A stretch of DNA of 64,000 bases from a virus (IMGVR_UViG_3300009031_000221:128001-192000), one strand, 5' to 3'. Positions 26,967 to 36,881 are shown, counted from the first letter of the stretch. Numbers and translations: made by a program. The notes: a model not told the origin generated them from the letters alone.

Positions 26967-29329
26967 TCCACCTCCATCCCACCAAACGTCAAGTCCCCAA
27001 GAATCTCGATGTGGTGTTCATCCGCAACCCGAACGTCTTCGATACCCTCATTACGAAGGTCGAATTCCTTAGGGTTGAACAAGGAAGCAGTGACTTCCGA
27101 TTCATCCGCATTAGCCAGTTCAATGGCACGTGCCTGATACTTCTTGATGTTCTTTACAGGAAGCTCCTCCCTAGTAGCGAGCTTCTTGTTGTACTGCGAA
27201 CACACACCATCCGCATTGGCGAATGTGCATCCCGCACAACGGGACATTGCCAGGACATGCTTGATACCATTGGCACGATGCTTCAATGCGCCTTCTTCGC
27301 ATCCCGTGGTCCCATTCTTGGAAGCGTATGCCGCAGCATCTACATACAAATGCCCCGACAACCCCTCATGCGTTGCCCGAAGATCCTTAATGTCCTCTCG
27401 TGCGGCCTTACGGATTGGTAGAGGGAACTTGACCTTGAGCATTTCGCTCAATTCCTGCCCCATAGAACCTTCAGCCATCTTCTGCCGCGCCCAACGGCGT
27501 AATGCACGGAATTCATGCTCCGTAATATTGGGAGTAACCTTGGACACCTGTTGGATTGCCGTATACTGAGTATCAGCATACTTCTTAGCCGGAACGGCCT
27601 CAGGCATCTTCTTCCGATTGTCAGGCAACTTATCCAGGCTATTTGCGGCCTTCTTTGCTGCCACCCGCTGCTCAATGGCATCATCACTATTGGCAGCTTC
27701 TTGCGCCGCCGCCCGTTGCTTGATAGATGCAATACTAGCCTTGGAGAACTCGGCCTGAGCCACAGGGCGATATGCAGTATAGGCATGACCCATGTACGAC
27801 TTGATATCCGGGACTTCAACCGAAGCCTGACGATGTTGTCGTGCCATCTGGACAGCCGCAGCAATCAAGCGCTCCAATTCTGCCACAGGACGATTCATAG
27901 ACTCAATCCGCCCACGTTCCTCGGCAGTCAAAAGCCCTGACTTCACAACCCGTCCCAGGTAAGCGCTGAACTTCCGCTTGATGTTCGCCTCAACCCCCGC
28001 CTGTAGCTCATCCAACGAACGCAATGCCGCCTTGCGGGCGTGCATCGCTGTATCGGGCAATGTCGTACCGTCTCCATCGTAAACGCGATATTCGCCCGTT
28101 GCCGTAACCAGGGCGGCACCTACTTCTAACAGTTCTTCTGCAGAAGCTCCGGAAGCATTCAGCTGAATAGCATCGGACTGTGTGATTTTCCCCGCCTGAA
28201 CCCACCGTGCAATCCGAACCAATGCAGCCTTTCGCTTGGTTTCCAAAGATTGCTCTTCCGCTGTCTTCGGCAAAGGCGCCTTGATTACGGGAGCCTTGAG
28301 CGCAGCTTGTGCCTCGGCGTGGGATGCAATGACAGGCTTAACGACTGGCTGGAATTGTTCTGGGACAGAAGCCTTGGTCGGGCCGACCCGGAATGCTCGA
28401 CGCAGAATGTCCTTAGCATTACCTACGGATGCAACCTTATATCCCGATGCGGTCAATCGTGGTGCGTAATATTCTAGAGCTTCCTTCCACGGAATCTCGG
28501 ATACCATCACCATTCCGAGTTTATCGGCTACAGCTTGATCCTCCGTAATAACGTAATGTGCATCATGTGCAGACTTATGGATCTTGTCCAACCACTTGCC
28601 ATTCTTGATACCCGGAAATGCATTGGCACGAATGAATACCTTGCCAATCAACCCATGCTCTTCCTTGATGATCCGCATAGCCGAAGCCGCACGGTAGGAT
28701 TCATGCCCTAATGTTTCCACCAATTCAGCATGGATGCTATTAATGCTTTCCCCGTAATGTGCTCGACGCAAGGCCCGAAGAACCGCGTGTTTTACTTCCT
28801 CCGCAGTCTTCCCACTTTTCGCAGGAGCCTTCAAGGAGGCTTCGTAATCCGCCCTTTCCTTGTCAGTATTAGGAACAATGGTCAAACCATTGGTAGGGCG
28901 ATTCCGACCCCAGGCTTTCTCCAATTGTGGGATAGAATTGAGCTTCTTCTTGTTGTTGGGGAGACGCTCGTGATCGGGCTCCTGAGTTGGATCCATCCAT
29001 TGAAGATCGATAATCGAGGAATCCCTATCCAAGCCGCCTTCTTCCGCTGATAGCATGGCGGTCATGTTAATGCCCAAGCCACTTTCGCTATCATCTGTCA
29101 AGTCCTGAAAACTGAGGTCTTGGCCCGCATCTACAACTAGACCATCCGGCAATCCGGACAACCCTCGAGTAGTAGGTAGACGACCTCCATCCTCAGGCCC
29201 TTGATTATCGGGTTCATCAAACTGAAACCCATCCAATCCAAAATTGTTGCCTGTCGTGAATGTAAACTCATCAGCAGGGAGTGCCGATTCGCCCAGAAAT
29301 TCAGTCCAGTCATTAGTTTTCTTCATCAT
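26963..29329 (-). CDS. Large hypothetical virion-region protein (788 aa)
   Basis: Acidic N-terminus, many KxA motifs, C-terminal Cys cluster (C..C...C). Confidence 0.7.
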   Translation of the reverse strand: MMKKTNDWTEFLGESALPADEFTFTTGNNFGLDGFQFDEPDNQGPEDGGRLPTTRGLSGLPDGLVVDAGQDLSFQDLTDDSESGLGINMTAMLSAEEGGLDRDSSIIDLQWMDPTQEPDHERLPNNKKKLNSIPQLEKAWGRNRPTNGLTIVPNTDKERADYEASLKAPAKSGKTAEEVKHAVLRALRRAHYGESINSIHAELVETLGHESYRAASAMRIIKEEHGLIGKVFIRANAFPGIKNGKWLDKIHKSAHDAHYVITEDQAVADKLGMVMVSEIPWKEALEYYAPRLTASGYKVASVGNAKDILRRAFRVGPTKASVPEQFQPVVKPVIASHAEAQAALKAPVIKAPLPKTAEEQSLETKRKAALVRIARWVQAGKITQSDAIQLNASGASAEELLEVGAALVTATGEYRVYDGDGTTLPDTAMHARKAALRSLDELQAGVEANIKRKFSAYLGRVVKSGLLTAEERGRIESMNRPVAELERLIAAAVQMARQHRQASVEVPDIKSYMGHAYTAYRPVAQAEFSKASIASIKQRAAAQEAANSDDAIEQRVAAKKAANSLDKLPDNRKKMPEAVPAKKYADTQYTAIQQVSKVTPNITEHEFRALRRWARQKMAEGSMGQELSEMLKVKFPLPIRKAAREDIKDLRATHEGLSGHLYVDAAAYASKNGTTGCEEGALKHRANGIKHVLAMSRCAGCTFANADGVCSQYNKKLATREELPVKNIKKYQARAIELANADESEVTASLFNPKEFDLRNEGIEDVRVADEHHIEILGDLTFGGMEVE

Positions 29330-30000
29330 TATTGATCCCTCTCCTGGAGAAGATACCGACTGGCGACACGCAAAGCACCAAGATCGGAGGATCTCTTATG
29401 GCGAGCCTGCTTCCGACCTGCTCCGGACGGGCCTTGGGGTTCCTCATCGTCGGCATCCATTTCGGATTCTTCCTTCTCCGCATATCCTTCAGGGTCAGCC
29501 CGAATTTCATCCACATCCATCATGATATTCTTCACATCAAGACGTTCACGAGGGCTCTGTTCAGTTATCGAGGGATTCCAGTGGGGCGCTTTGATTTCAT
29601 CGTGAATAGTATCTGTAAATGCAGACAAAGCTTCTACAACATTCATCAACTGCCGACGCATTTCAGCGATCTTCTGAATATAGCCTTTCCCGCCCAGGCT
29701 TCCATCAGGGCTAACTTGCGAGGACTTGATACGGGCAAAATCATCATGTGCAGATAGAGCGTGCCCCATTGCCAATAATGCAGCACGAAGAATCTTGGCT
29801 AACGGCTTGAGATTCTTCGAATCATACTTGAAATCCTCGGAAATAAGCCGTTCTGAAGGGCCAGGAGATCCCCAACCCCACTCATTTTTATCGCCGCCAC
29901 GATCCTTAACGAATCGGACTTCGCCGGCGGTCTTCATCCGTCGCATGTGGCGTGCTGCAACTTGTTCTACTATCCGGTCACTCATAGCACTCCTCCACAC
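29329..30000 (-). CDS. Hypothetical protein with two RVAxRY-like motifs
   Basis: EQVAARHM and LRVASRYL; late motif upstream; start may be 29985. Confidence 0.65.
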   Translation of the reverse strand: MWRSAMSDRIVEQVAARHMRRMKTAGEVRFVKDRGGDKNEWGWGSPGPSERLISEDFKYDSKNLKPLAKILRAALLAMGHALSAHDDFARIKSSQVSPDGSLGGKGYIQKIAEMRRQLMNVVEALSAFTDTIHDEIKAPHWNPSITEQSPRERLDVKNIMMDVDEIRADPEGYAEKEESEMDADDEEPQGPSGAGRKQARHKRSSDLGALRVASRYLLQERDQ

Positions 30001-30018
30001 CTCTCAAGATGGGTAGGC

Positions 30019-30034
30019 ATAGGAAGATAACCAA
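30019..30034 (-). promoter_or_regulatory. Putative late promoter
   Basis: TTGGTT-atcttc-CTAT. Confidence 0.5.
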
Positions 30035-30490
30035 TCAGATAATCCCTAGCACCAACATCCAACTTGGACTGCCATCTGGACCATAGCCATCCGGCTCCAC
30101 TCGTTTCCCGGTCGGCGTCAATGCAATGGCATCGTTGGACCATTTCTCCATAGTCTTTACACTAGGCGCCTTGAATCCAGAAACCTGATCTGGCAATCGG
30201 GAAATCGAAGTCTTCATTGCATCCCGAAAATAATCTCGTCCCGAGGGGCCATTGAAGTTCATTACCAATTGGCACAAACGGGCGCCATCAGGATGATGTT
30301 CCCCTAGAAACACAACCGTTACCTTCGTCCCTCGTGGAATCACGTCACCACTCTTCAACCGGAGATCCTTCTTGATGGTGCGATCCGCTGCCGCATCCTT
30401 CAGCAATGGGACAATATGTGCCCGTAGCTCAGGATTGGCATGCGCCAGCCGCATTAGGTCTTCCCGCAATTTGTCATTCGAATTACTCAT
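30035..30490 (-). CDS. Hypothetical protein
   Basis: GAGG SD; N-terminal LMRLAHANPELRAHIVPLL helix. Confidence 0.65.
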   Translation of the reverse strand: MSNSNDKLREDLMRLAHANPELRAHIVPLLKDAAADRTIKKDLRLKSGDVIPRGTKVTVVFLGEHHPDGARLCQLVMNFNGPSGRDYFRDAMKTSISRLPDQVSGFKAPSVKTMEKWSNDAIALTPTGKRVEPDGYGPDGSPSWMLVLGII

Positions 30491-30504
30491 ATTGCCCTCG
30501 CAGG

Positions 30505-31206
30505 TTAGACCTTCAATGGTTTGCCCGTATCATCGAATAACCGGTTAATGATGTAATTATCGCCCTTCTGGCTAACAGACCAAAGATCCTTCGTGGCCTT
30601 GTGTACTAATTCCTCGCCACGTCCTGCTACGACAGAGAACAAGGAAGAAATATCGCCGAGGCTCGAGACCACCATTCGCACATTGTTAGCGTGCCTATGA
30701 CTCGGCCCTGCCAAACGAAGATGCTCCGCCATGATTGGAATAAATTGCCCGTCATCCCATGACACGAACACTCGACCGTCCAAGTCTGTTCGGGGGCCAT
30801 CAGCCGTCTTAACCGTGACGATGGTTCCCCCAAAGTTAGGATCGGGGACGCTGGCGTAGGTCAAAACCGAACCCAGGTTAGCAATGAACCGAACTCGGGT
30901 TCCGGCATTCTGTGGGAGCATGAGGGCGGAAGCTGCCCGACCCTGATCCGTCAAGGATTGCATCGAAGTAAATGCAGATCCACCCAAGGCCTTCGCCATC
31001 TTGGGTTCCCCATTCAGAACCAAGTCTAGAACCGTGCCTTCCTTGAGGAACATCTCGTTCGTCCAAGCGAAGTCATCCCCATCATCGGGACCGTAGCCCC
31101 CATTCTTGATGTTATCATAGACTTCATCAATCAAGCTAGGATCATCGACAAGGTTATTCAATGCAGCCTTCAACGATTCGCGTATTTTCTTTGTACGATC
31201 CGACAT
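30505..31206 (-). CDS. Hypothetical protein
   Basis: AGGAG SD; long ORF. Confidence 0.65.
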   Translation of the reverse strand: MSDRTKKIRESLKAALNNLVDDPSLIDEVYDNIKNGGYGPDDGDDFAWTNEMFLKEGTVLDLVLNGEPKMAKALGGSAFTSMQSLTDQGRAASALMLPQNAGTRVRFIANLGSVLTYASVPDPNFGGTIVTVKTADGPRTDLDGRVFVSWDDGQFIPIMAEHLRLAGPSHRHANNVRMVVSSLGDISSLFSVVAGRGEELVHKATKDLWSVSQKGDNYIINRLFDDTGKPLKV

Positions 31207-31215
31207 GGTACTCCT

Positions 31216-32460
31216 TTAGAACCTCGTAACCACCCAACCAGCATCCAAGGACACTGGAGCGGCTAGATTAATCGTGAATCCGGCAACGGTCTTATTTGTG
31301 ACCCACCATGCGCCACCGGGATCCCCATTGAATTCCACGGATATTGCGTAATTGGTATCAGGGTGTGCCGAAACAAATGTCACTGCCTTGGTAGCTTCAG
31401 CAACAAACGTCACCGTACCTGTTTGCCGATTCTCTGATAATACGGTGCCTATAGCGGCTGTTATCACGCTGTGGCGGACATTGACTAGCTCCACTTGCAC
31501 TGTATTTTCAAGGGCTAGGTCGGCGATATTTGCCCCAATGAAATAAACCGTTTGATCCCCTGCCACTACGACATTGCCCTTAGTTCCGCCACCTGTGAAC
31601 ACGAAGTCTCCTACTATGCCCGTCAGTGTTGCACGCAACACTGGATTCAGGGATGAACCCGTACCTACAAGGCATGACACCAAGCTTGTATCCGTCAAGG
31701 CCTGAACGGGCATAACCCCCGTGGAATCCAATATGACTTGAAGTGCCGGAATGGTGCAATTGGTCATCAACACCTGGGCACAGTTTGTAAGGTCAAACAA
31801 GGACAATCCTGTATCGCCTGTCTGATTACAATCGGTCAATGTGAGTACATTGATAGACGTTGCCCAAACGCCTCTATTTCCCCCAGGGGATACAGGAGCC
31901 AATTGGCAGTTGACTATTTCAATGCCCGCCGCACCAACAAGAGATCCGGCGCCGCCAATGATACGAACGCATGCATAGGCGTCATGTGCATTAGATATGT
32001 AGAGATTCTGGAAAGTCACCCGCTGAGGAATCGACCCCAAACCAGCCTGAATGATGACCGTGTGGTTAGCTCCCACACCATTAGGCGTATCCTCGGCAGA
32101 TGATTTCAGATAGACGCCCCCAAGGCCCACTAGGAACACCCCATTACGAGATATGGTGATGGTTTCTTTGTAGACCCCTGGGAGAATCAAAACCGTGTAG
32201 GGGTTCAACTCACTAGCCCCAGCCGGGATTGCATCAATGGCTGCCTGAACGGTTGTGTATGCAGCCCCCGCCCCGGCCTTGCCTACTACCAATGTATTCT
32301 GAACGGACTGGAATCCAGCCAATTGTTTGATGGTAATTCCACCAGGAATCACAGCATCCACAATCTCGATAGACCCGTCCGCAGCCTTGCGAATAAGGCG
32401 AGTCCCCGTTGCACCGGGTTCAATTTGGACTTGATCTACTAGTATTGGATTCTGTGCCAT
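31216..32460 (-). CDS. Pectin-lyase-like beta-helix virion protein (spike/appendage)
   Basis: VVGKAGAGAAYTTVQAAID...TVLILPGVYKETITI, typical of a pectinesterase-like N-cap. Confidence 0.7.
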   Translation of the reverse strand: MAQNPILVDQVQIEPGATGTRLIRKAADGSIEIVDAVIPGGITIKQLAGFQSVQNTLVVGKAGAGAAYTTVQAAIDAIPAGASELNPYTVLILPGVYKETITISRNGVFLVGLGGVYLKSSAEDTPNGVGANHTVIIQAGLGSIPQRVTFQNLYISNAHDAYACVRIIGGAGSLVGAAGIEIVNCQLAPVSPGGNRGVWATSINVLTLTDCNQTGDTGLSLFDLTNCAQVLMTNCTIPALQVILDSTGVMPVQALTDTSLVSCLVGTGSSLNPVLRATLTGIVGDFVFTGGGTKGNVVVAGDQTVYFIGANIADLALENTVQVELVNVRHSVITAAIGTVLSENRQTGTVTFVAEATKAVTFVSAHPDTNYAISVEFNGDPGGAWWVTNKTVAGFTINLAAPVSLDAGWVVTRF

Positions 32461-32466
32461 TGTTCA

Positions 32467-32730
32467 TTAATCCCAAAGGTAATTTGAGTCTAGCTGCTTG
32501 TGAAATTCATCCCAGGCCTTCTTGACATCATCCAATTTGGCCTTGAGTACCTTGTCTCCCTTGGTGACGGAATCCTCAGCAATAGCATCAACCAAGGCAT
32601 ATAGACCATCGCCACAATCATAGTACTTCTCACGAATCCTATGACCTTCGACTTCCTTCTTACCAGCCTTGGCAGCCGTTACCAGTCCGATATCCCATTT
32701 GCGTTCTAGTTCATCCATGGTCATCCTCAT
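32467..32730 (-). CDS. Small hypothetical protein
   Basis: Coupled ORF between structural genes. Confidence 0.55.
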   Translation of the reverse strand: MRMTMDELERKWDIGLVTAAKAGKKEVEGHRIREKYYDCGDGLYALVDAIAEDSVTKGDKVLKAKLDDVKKAWDEFHKQLDSNYLWD

Positions 32731-33410
32731 GCAAACACGTCATAGCCAACCGTAATCGTTTCCCCTGTCTGGAGGGTGTATCCCACAAGGATAGTGAAAC
32801 CGGTCTTGGTCGGATTGATAACCCGGGCCTCGAAGAAACCACTAGGGGATAGAAGCACTCGATAGTTTGCTGTCTGGAATGCCGCGGCAAACGTCACTGC
32901 CTTCTGGCTGCTATCCGCATCTGTGATAATCACGGTGCCCGATGTTGTGCTGGCCTGCTGCGTAGCAACAAGCACAACATAGCTGACGATTTTGGGGCTG
33001 GGGACAGAACCATAGGCAGAAGCCACGGTCGCACGAAACCCTGTTATGGTTGGGTTCTCCATGACAACAAGAATGCCATCAGTAGTAGAGAATACAACTC
33101 GGTAATTGGTGTTGTTCAATATTCCCGGGGCAATTGGGACATCCTGATATGTCTCCCCCGTGAATGTAATATCCCCAGACGATACTGCAGTTTCGGATTG
33201 TGTCTGAACAACCACGCCCTTGGCAACCGTCATATCATCAATCACGAATTGCGGGACGCTAGTCAAAGCATCCTGAATCAATCCCCGTGGACCCCGAATA
33301 TTCCGAATCGATACAAGCCCCTGAGAGTCCAATACCACATCAAAGTAGTAGGACTGACCTCCAGAAGAAGACGTGTACGTCGTTACAGACTGGGAACGGG
33401 ACAATGCCAT
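32727..33410 (-). CDS. Virion protein with two beta-sandwich (H-lectin/gp53-like) modules
   Basis: Two G.(V/I)TF...V.F...NY.V...T.TGF units. Confidence 0.55.
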   Translation of the reverse strand: MALSRSQSVTTYTSSSGGQSYYFDVVLDSQGLVSIRNIRGPRGLIQDALTSVPQFVIDDMTVAKGVVVQTQSETAVSSGDITFTGETYQDVPIAPGILNNTNYRVVFSTTDGILVVMENPTITGFRATVASAYGSVPSPKIVSYVVLVATQQASTTSGTVIITDADSSQKAVTFAAAFQTANYRVLLSPSGFFEARVINPTKTGFTILVGYTLQTGETITVGYDVFA

Positions 33411-33725
33411 TTACCACACCCCCGTCGTCTCAAAGCCCCGAGCTTCTAGCCATACGTTCAGCGACATCAAGGCGTCTTTATTGGATGACCATACCTCGAA
33501 CCCATCGAAGTCTTCCTTGACCCCCATATCAGGGAGTGCTTGAAGACCACTCATCGCGACTTTGCCATCCCGAAAAGCCCGAAGTAGGTTGGGGAGGTTC
33601 TTGAATTCAACAGCACCATAGAGCACACGAAGACGGTATTCAGCCTTCGCGACTCGCCCAACCCATCGGCGGGCGACACTTCTCGCCATAACTACGCGCT
33701 TTTCACTGTCATTTGCTTTTGGCAT
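33411..33725 (-). CDS. Hypothetical protein
   Basis: First gene after the late motif at 33761..33776; RSVARRW motif. Confidence 0.6.
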   Translation of the reverse strand: MPKANDSEKRVVMARSVARRWVGRVAKAEYRLRVLYGAVEFKNLPNLLRAFRDGKVAMSGLQALPDMGVKEDFDGFEVWSSNKDALMSLNVWLEARGFETTGVW

Positions 33726-33760
33726 GAATGTACCTATCGTTGCCCTACGAGGCGGACGTG

Positions 33761-33776
33761 ATAAGTCATTTACCGA
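33761..33776 (-). promoter_or_regulatory. Putative late promoter at head of structural run
   Basis: TCGGTA-aatgac-TTAT. Confidence 0.6.
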
Positions 33777-33785
33777 AAACGCGGA

Positions 33786-34391
33786 CTAGCAAACGCAACA
33801 CATCATCCGGTCGTTCCAAGCGGGACGCTGAACTTCGCGGAGGATGTTGAGGTTTGCGCTGATGTAATCGAATACCGCGACGTATTTCGCAAATCGGGCA
33901 TTACTTCGCATTCGGCTTAATGACCGGAGGAATCGGTGCCGTACCAACCCTTGACTTACATTGAGTTGTTTGGCGACTTCTGATTGGCAAGTGGTCTTCC
34001 ACATCAGTACCATAATCTGTACGTCAAGTGGGTCACTCAGGAATCCAGCCATATCCTGGACTAAGGCACTTTCTTCTACACGGGGGATACTCAGGAGAAA
34101 ACGAATACGGTCGGCGGCACGGGCGAGGCGGTAACAGACAGTTGGTTGGGACACTCCGAACATGGATGCGATATCTGTTTGCCGGAGTCGCTTGAAGTAG
34201 TACAAGTCCACAAAGTCCGCTTCCCTAGGTGGCAACATGTCTACTACTGAACGTACCCTATCTATCTGTGCATTATCCTCTTCACCGGGTTCCGAAAATA
34301 TGGAGTCCATATACGAAATGCCGTCCTCCTGGGAGAATCGACTTTCCATATCCGAGGGATCAATTGTATGGTGACCAGACCATGATTGCAT
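33786..34391 (-). CDS. Tandem sigma70-region-4-like HTH transcription factor
   Basis: LPPREADFVDLYYF..LRQTDIASMFGVSQPTV and SEVAKQLNVSQGLVR; no region 2 recognised. Confidence 0.7.
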   Translation of the reverse strand: MQSWSGHHTIDPSDMESRFSQEDGISYMDSIFSEPGEEDNAQIDRVRSVVDMLPPREADFVDLYYFKRLRQTDIASMFGVSQPTVCYRLARAADRIRFLLSIPRVEESALVQDMAGFLSDPLDVQIMVLMWKTTCQSEVAKQLNVSQGLVRHRFLRSLSRMRSNARFAKYVAVFDYISANLNILREVQRPAWNDRMMCCVC

Positions 34392-34449
34392 GGAAACCTC
34401 GCATTCTAGGTTATGCTAAAGCCCAAAAAGCACAAGGTTTTTGCCACAT

Positions 34450-35010
34450 CTAATGGTCATTCATGTCGTCAGAAGACCGGGTAGCCTCTAAGAACACAAT
34501 AGGGATTGTCGCTACTATTTCAATAGAACGCAACTTGATTCGTACAACCGCGGTTTCCCCGACCACTATCATGACCACGCCATCAAGGTTCCGATAGGCA
34601 CCATTGATGACCCTGATATTTTCCCCGTTCGATATGTCCGCTGCAATCATCTGCCGAAGTTGAGCGCGAAGTTCCTCAATCTTTGAATTCTGAACCACAT
34701 TGAGAGTTCGGATCTTGCCGGGAGTGGATATAATCTGATTCACGTAAGGTCGGCGTTCCAATGCGAAATACGTCGTATCGGGCAATCCTGCCCCCACAAA
34801 CACATAACCTTCCATCAAGTGGAGGGTGATCGTTTTGTGCCCTTTTGGATAAACCGCAACCGGAATGAATATTGGGAAGTCGGCGTTCACGCCTAGATCA
34901 TTACGAAGTGCTGACTCTAAATTGCCATCAACCACCTTGGTTTCCCCAAGATGGTTCAATTCAACGACTATCCAAGTTTGAGCGTCCCGTTGATCCAAGT
35001 GATTCCCCAT
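34450..35010 (-). CDS. NusG-family (NGN+KOW) transcription elongation/antitermination factor
   Basis: WIVV..., LMEGYVFV, PYV; KOW GENIRVINGAYRNLDGVV. Confidence 0.8.
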   Translation of the reverse strand: MGNHLDQRDAQTWIVVELNHLGETKVVDGNLESALRNDLGVNADFPIFIPVAVYPKGHKTITLHLMEGYVFVGAGLPDTTYFALERRPYVNQIISTPGKIRTLNVVQNSKIEELRAQLRQMIAADISNGENIRVINGAYRNLDGVVMIVVGETAVVRIKLRSIEIVATIPIVFLEATRSSDDMNDH

Positions 35011-36382
35011 CCCAATGAACTATTTGCATCGCCACTAAACTGCAAAACGTCGAAGGCTCTATTTCCGGCAACGCCCCCTTATTCCCCGGGGCGATAGAAA
35101 CCGCATCTGCCCGTCCACCTACTGCCTTCGGATTCGGCTGTACCTCGCCACCTTTACCTTTCGGTGGCGGTGATCCCAATTTACCCGAGTTATGCGCCAA
35201 AGGTACAACGGGAGCCAAATGAGTCTGGGTGGAAATATTGCTATCCCTAACAATGGCGTTAGACTCCATAGGGGTTCGATTCTGAACTACCAGAATTGGG
35301 GTGTCGCCAATGACGGAGGCTCCGCTATAATGCAGGCTGCCGATATCACACAGCAACATTGCCTCAGTGGGTTTCCCTGGGCGGCTTGCAAATCGAGCCG
35401 CAAACCCGATCAAATTCTGTTGCTGAGTCTGACTCAATGCATCCAAACGCCCCGCGTCAATGTAGGATGGGGATTTCAATGCCCCGATACCTACCTGGTA
35501 GGCTAGCATCGCCATGTACGCCAAACGTTCGTAGCATGTCGCAGGCGATGATCGTTCCAGTGCCTGCTTGGCGTACTTCATGGCTAACGGCAGGTCTTTA
35601 CCGATGTTCTCCAGGATGTCTACAAACATCAGGTTCAAGTCCAACCTGAGGTATTTGGCAACGTTATCCCTGTCAAGTTTCCCCAACATAGACACGCCTT
35701 CTACAGCCTTCAGCGCATCCCGGATATGGCATTCCGTAATCTCTGCTATGACTTGCAGCATGTCTAGATCATATTCAAACCCTTCCTTCTCACATATGGA
35801 AGCCAATCGCTTCGCGATCAATGCAGGAGTCACAGGTTGAATGACGAAGGTAGGGGCGCACCGACTGAAAATCGTCGCCTTCATCTTCTCGGGTTCCGTT
35901 GTACAGAAAATGCAGATCAACCGCTTTTCTTGGGTGCCAGGAATTACCTCTTCCAAGGGTTTCAACAAGGCATCCAAGGCGTCCTTGGATAGTTGGTGCG
36001 CTTCGTCAAACAGGTAAATACGGCGTTTGCCTGAAAACGTCGAGTACTGAATTTCCTCAGTAATCTTCTGCACGTCCGCTTTGCCTGAATTTGTCGCTGC
36101 ATCTACCTCAACAAAATCCAAGGACGCCCCGGTATCCAGGATAGTCCTGCACGAATCGCATTCATCGCAAGGATCGCCTGAAGGCAAAGGAGTCGGGCAC
36201 ATCAACGCTCGAGCCATAATACGGCCCAGTGTTGTTTTACCCGATCCAAATGGACCCGCAAACAAATACGATTGATGCAATGACCGTCCTGTGGAAATGA
36301 ATCTCCGCAGGATAGTGATAATTGCTTCTTGGCCTAACACATCATCGAATGTGCGAGGACGATATTTCGTGTCTAACGACAT
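34961..36382 (-). CDS. dnaX: DNA polymerase III gamma/tau-like clamp loader ATPase
   Basis: KYRPRTFDDVLGQE, GPFGSGKTT, PCDECDSC, EVDAATN, DEAHQLS..A.DALLK, SRC. Confidence 0.92.
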   Translation of the reverse strand: MSLDTKYRPRTFDDVLGQEAIITILRRFISTGRSLHQSYLFAGPFGSGKTTLGRIMARALMCPTPLPSGDPCDECDSCRTILDTGASLDFVEVDAATNSGKADVQKITEEIQYSTFSGKRRIYLFDEAHQLSKDALDALLKPLEEVIPGTQEKRLICIFCTTEPEKMKATIFSRCAPTFVIQPVTPALIAKRLASICEKEGFEYDLDMLQVIAEITECHIRDALKAVEGVSMLGKLDRDNVAKYLRLDLNLMFVDILENIGKDLPLAMKYAKQALERSSPATCYERLAYMAMLAYQVGIGALKSPSYIDAGRLDALSQTQQQNLIGFAARFASRPGKPTEAMLLCDIGSLHYSGASVIGDTPILVVQNRTPMESNAIVRDSNISTQTHLAPVVPLAHNSGKLGSPPPKGKGGEVQPNPKAVGGRADAVSIAPGNKGALPEIEPSTFCSLVAMQIVHWDGESLGSTGRSNLDSR

Positions 36383-36416
36383 GATTTCCTTCTACATCGA
36401 TGCCAAATGTCTAGCA

Positions 36417-36881
36417 CTAGGGGGCCTTGGATCCGAAGATATCCTCAATGAGCGAAGGAGTCGGGGCGGCACCGGAAGTACGCCACAAACCATGCCGCTC
36501 AATCTCACCCTTGTAAAACGACACGTCAGGCGGAACCACTGAGAACTTCATGTTCCCGTTGGACTTGTTCTCCTCCGCACGGCACCCGCACAGATGATGG
36601 TCAAGCAATGCCACACGTTCAGCATCGCTCAGGGTGCTCCACGTATCCGCTGCCAAGGTGATGATGAACTTGTACTTCACGTCACCCAGGACGCCAAACA
36701 GTTCGGATGCCTTGGAAGTCTTACCCGCGATCTCTACGTCACCCTGAATGGCTGCCTTCTCCTTGAACAGGACGGCGATCTCATCATCGCACAAGGCCAA
36801 ATTGGGGTGATACTTGGCAATCAGATCCTGCATCGTTGTGATGACATCCGTTCCCGCCTTCCAGTATTTTGCGTCTGACAT
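36417..36881 (-). CDS. Phage metallopeptidase-like protein
   Basis: FIITLAADTW...ALLDHHLCGC...PPDV; ATG 36881 preferred. Confidence 0.6.
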   Translation of the reverse strand: MSDAKYWKAGTDVITTMQDLIAKYHPNLALCDDEIAVLFKEKAAIQGDVEIAGKTSKASELFGVLGDVKYKFIITLAADTWSTLSDAERVALLDHHLCGCRAEENKSNGNMKFSVVPPDVSFYKGEIERHGLWRTSGAAPTPSLIEDIFGSKAP

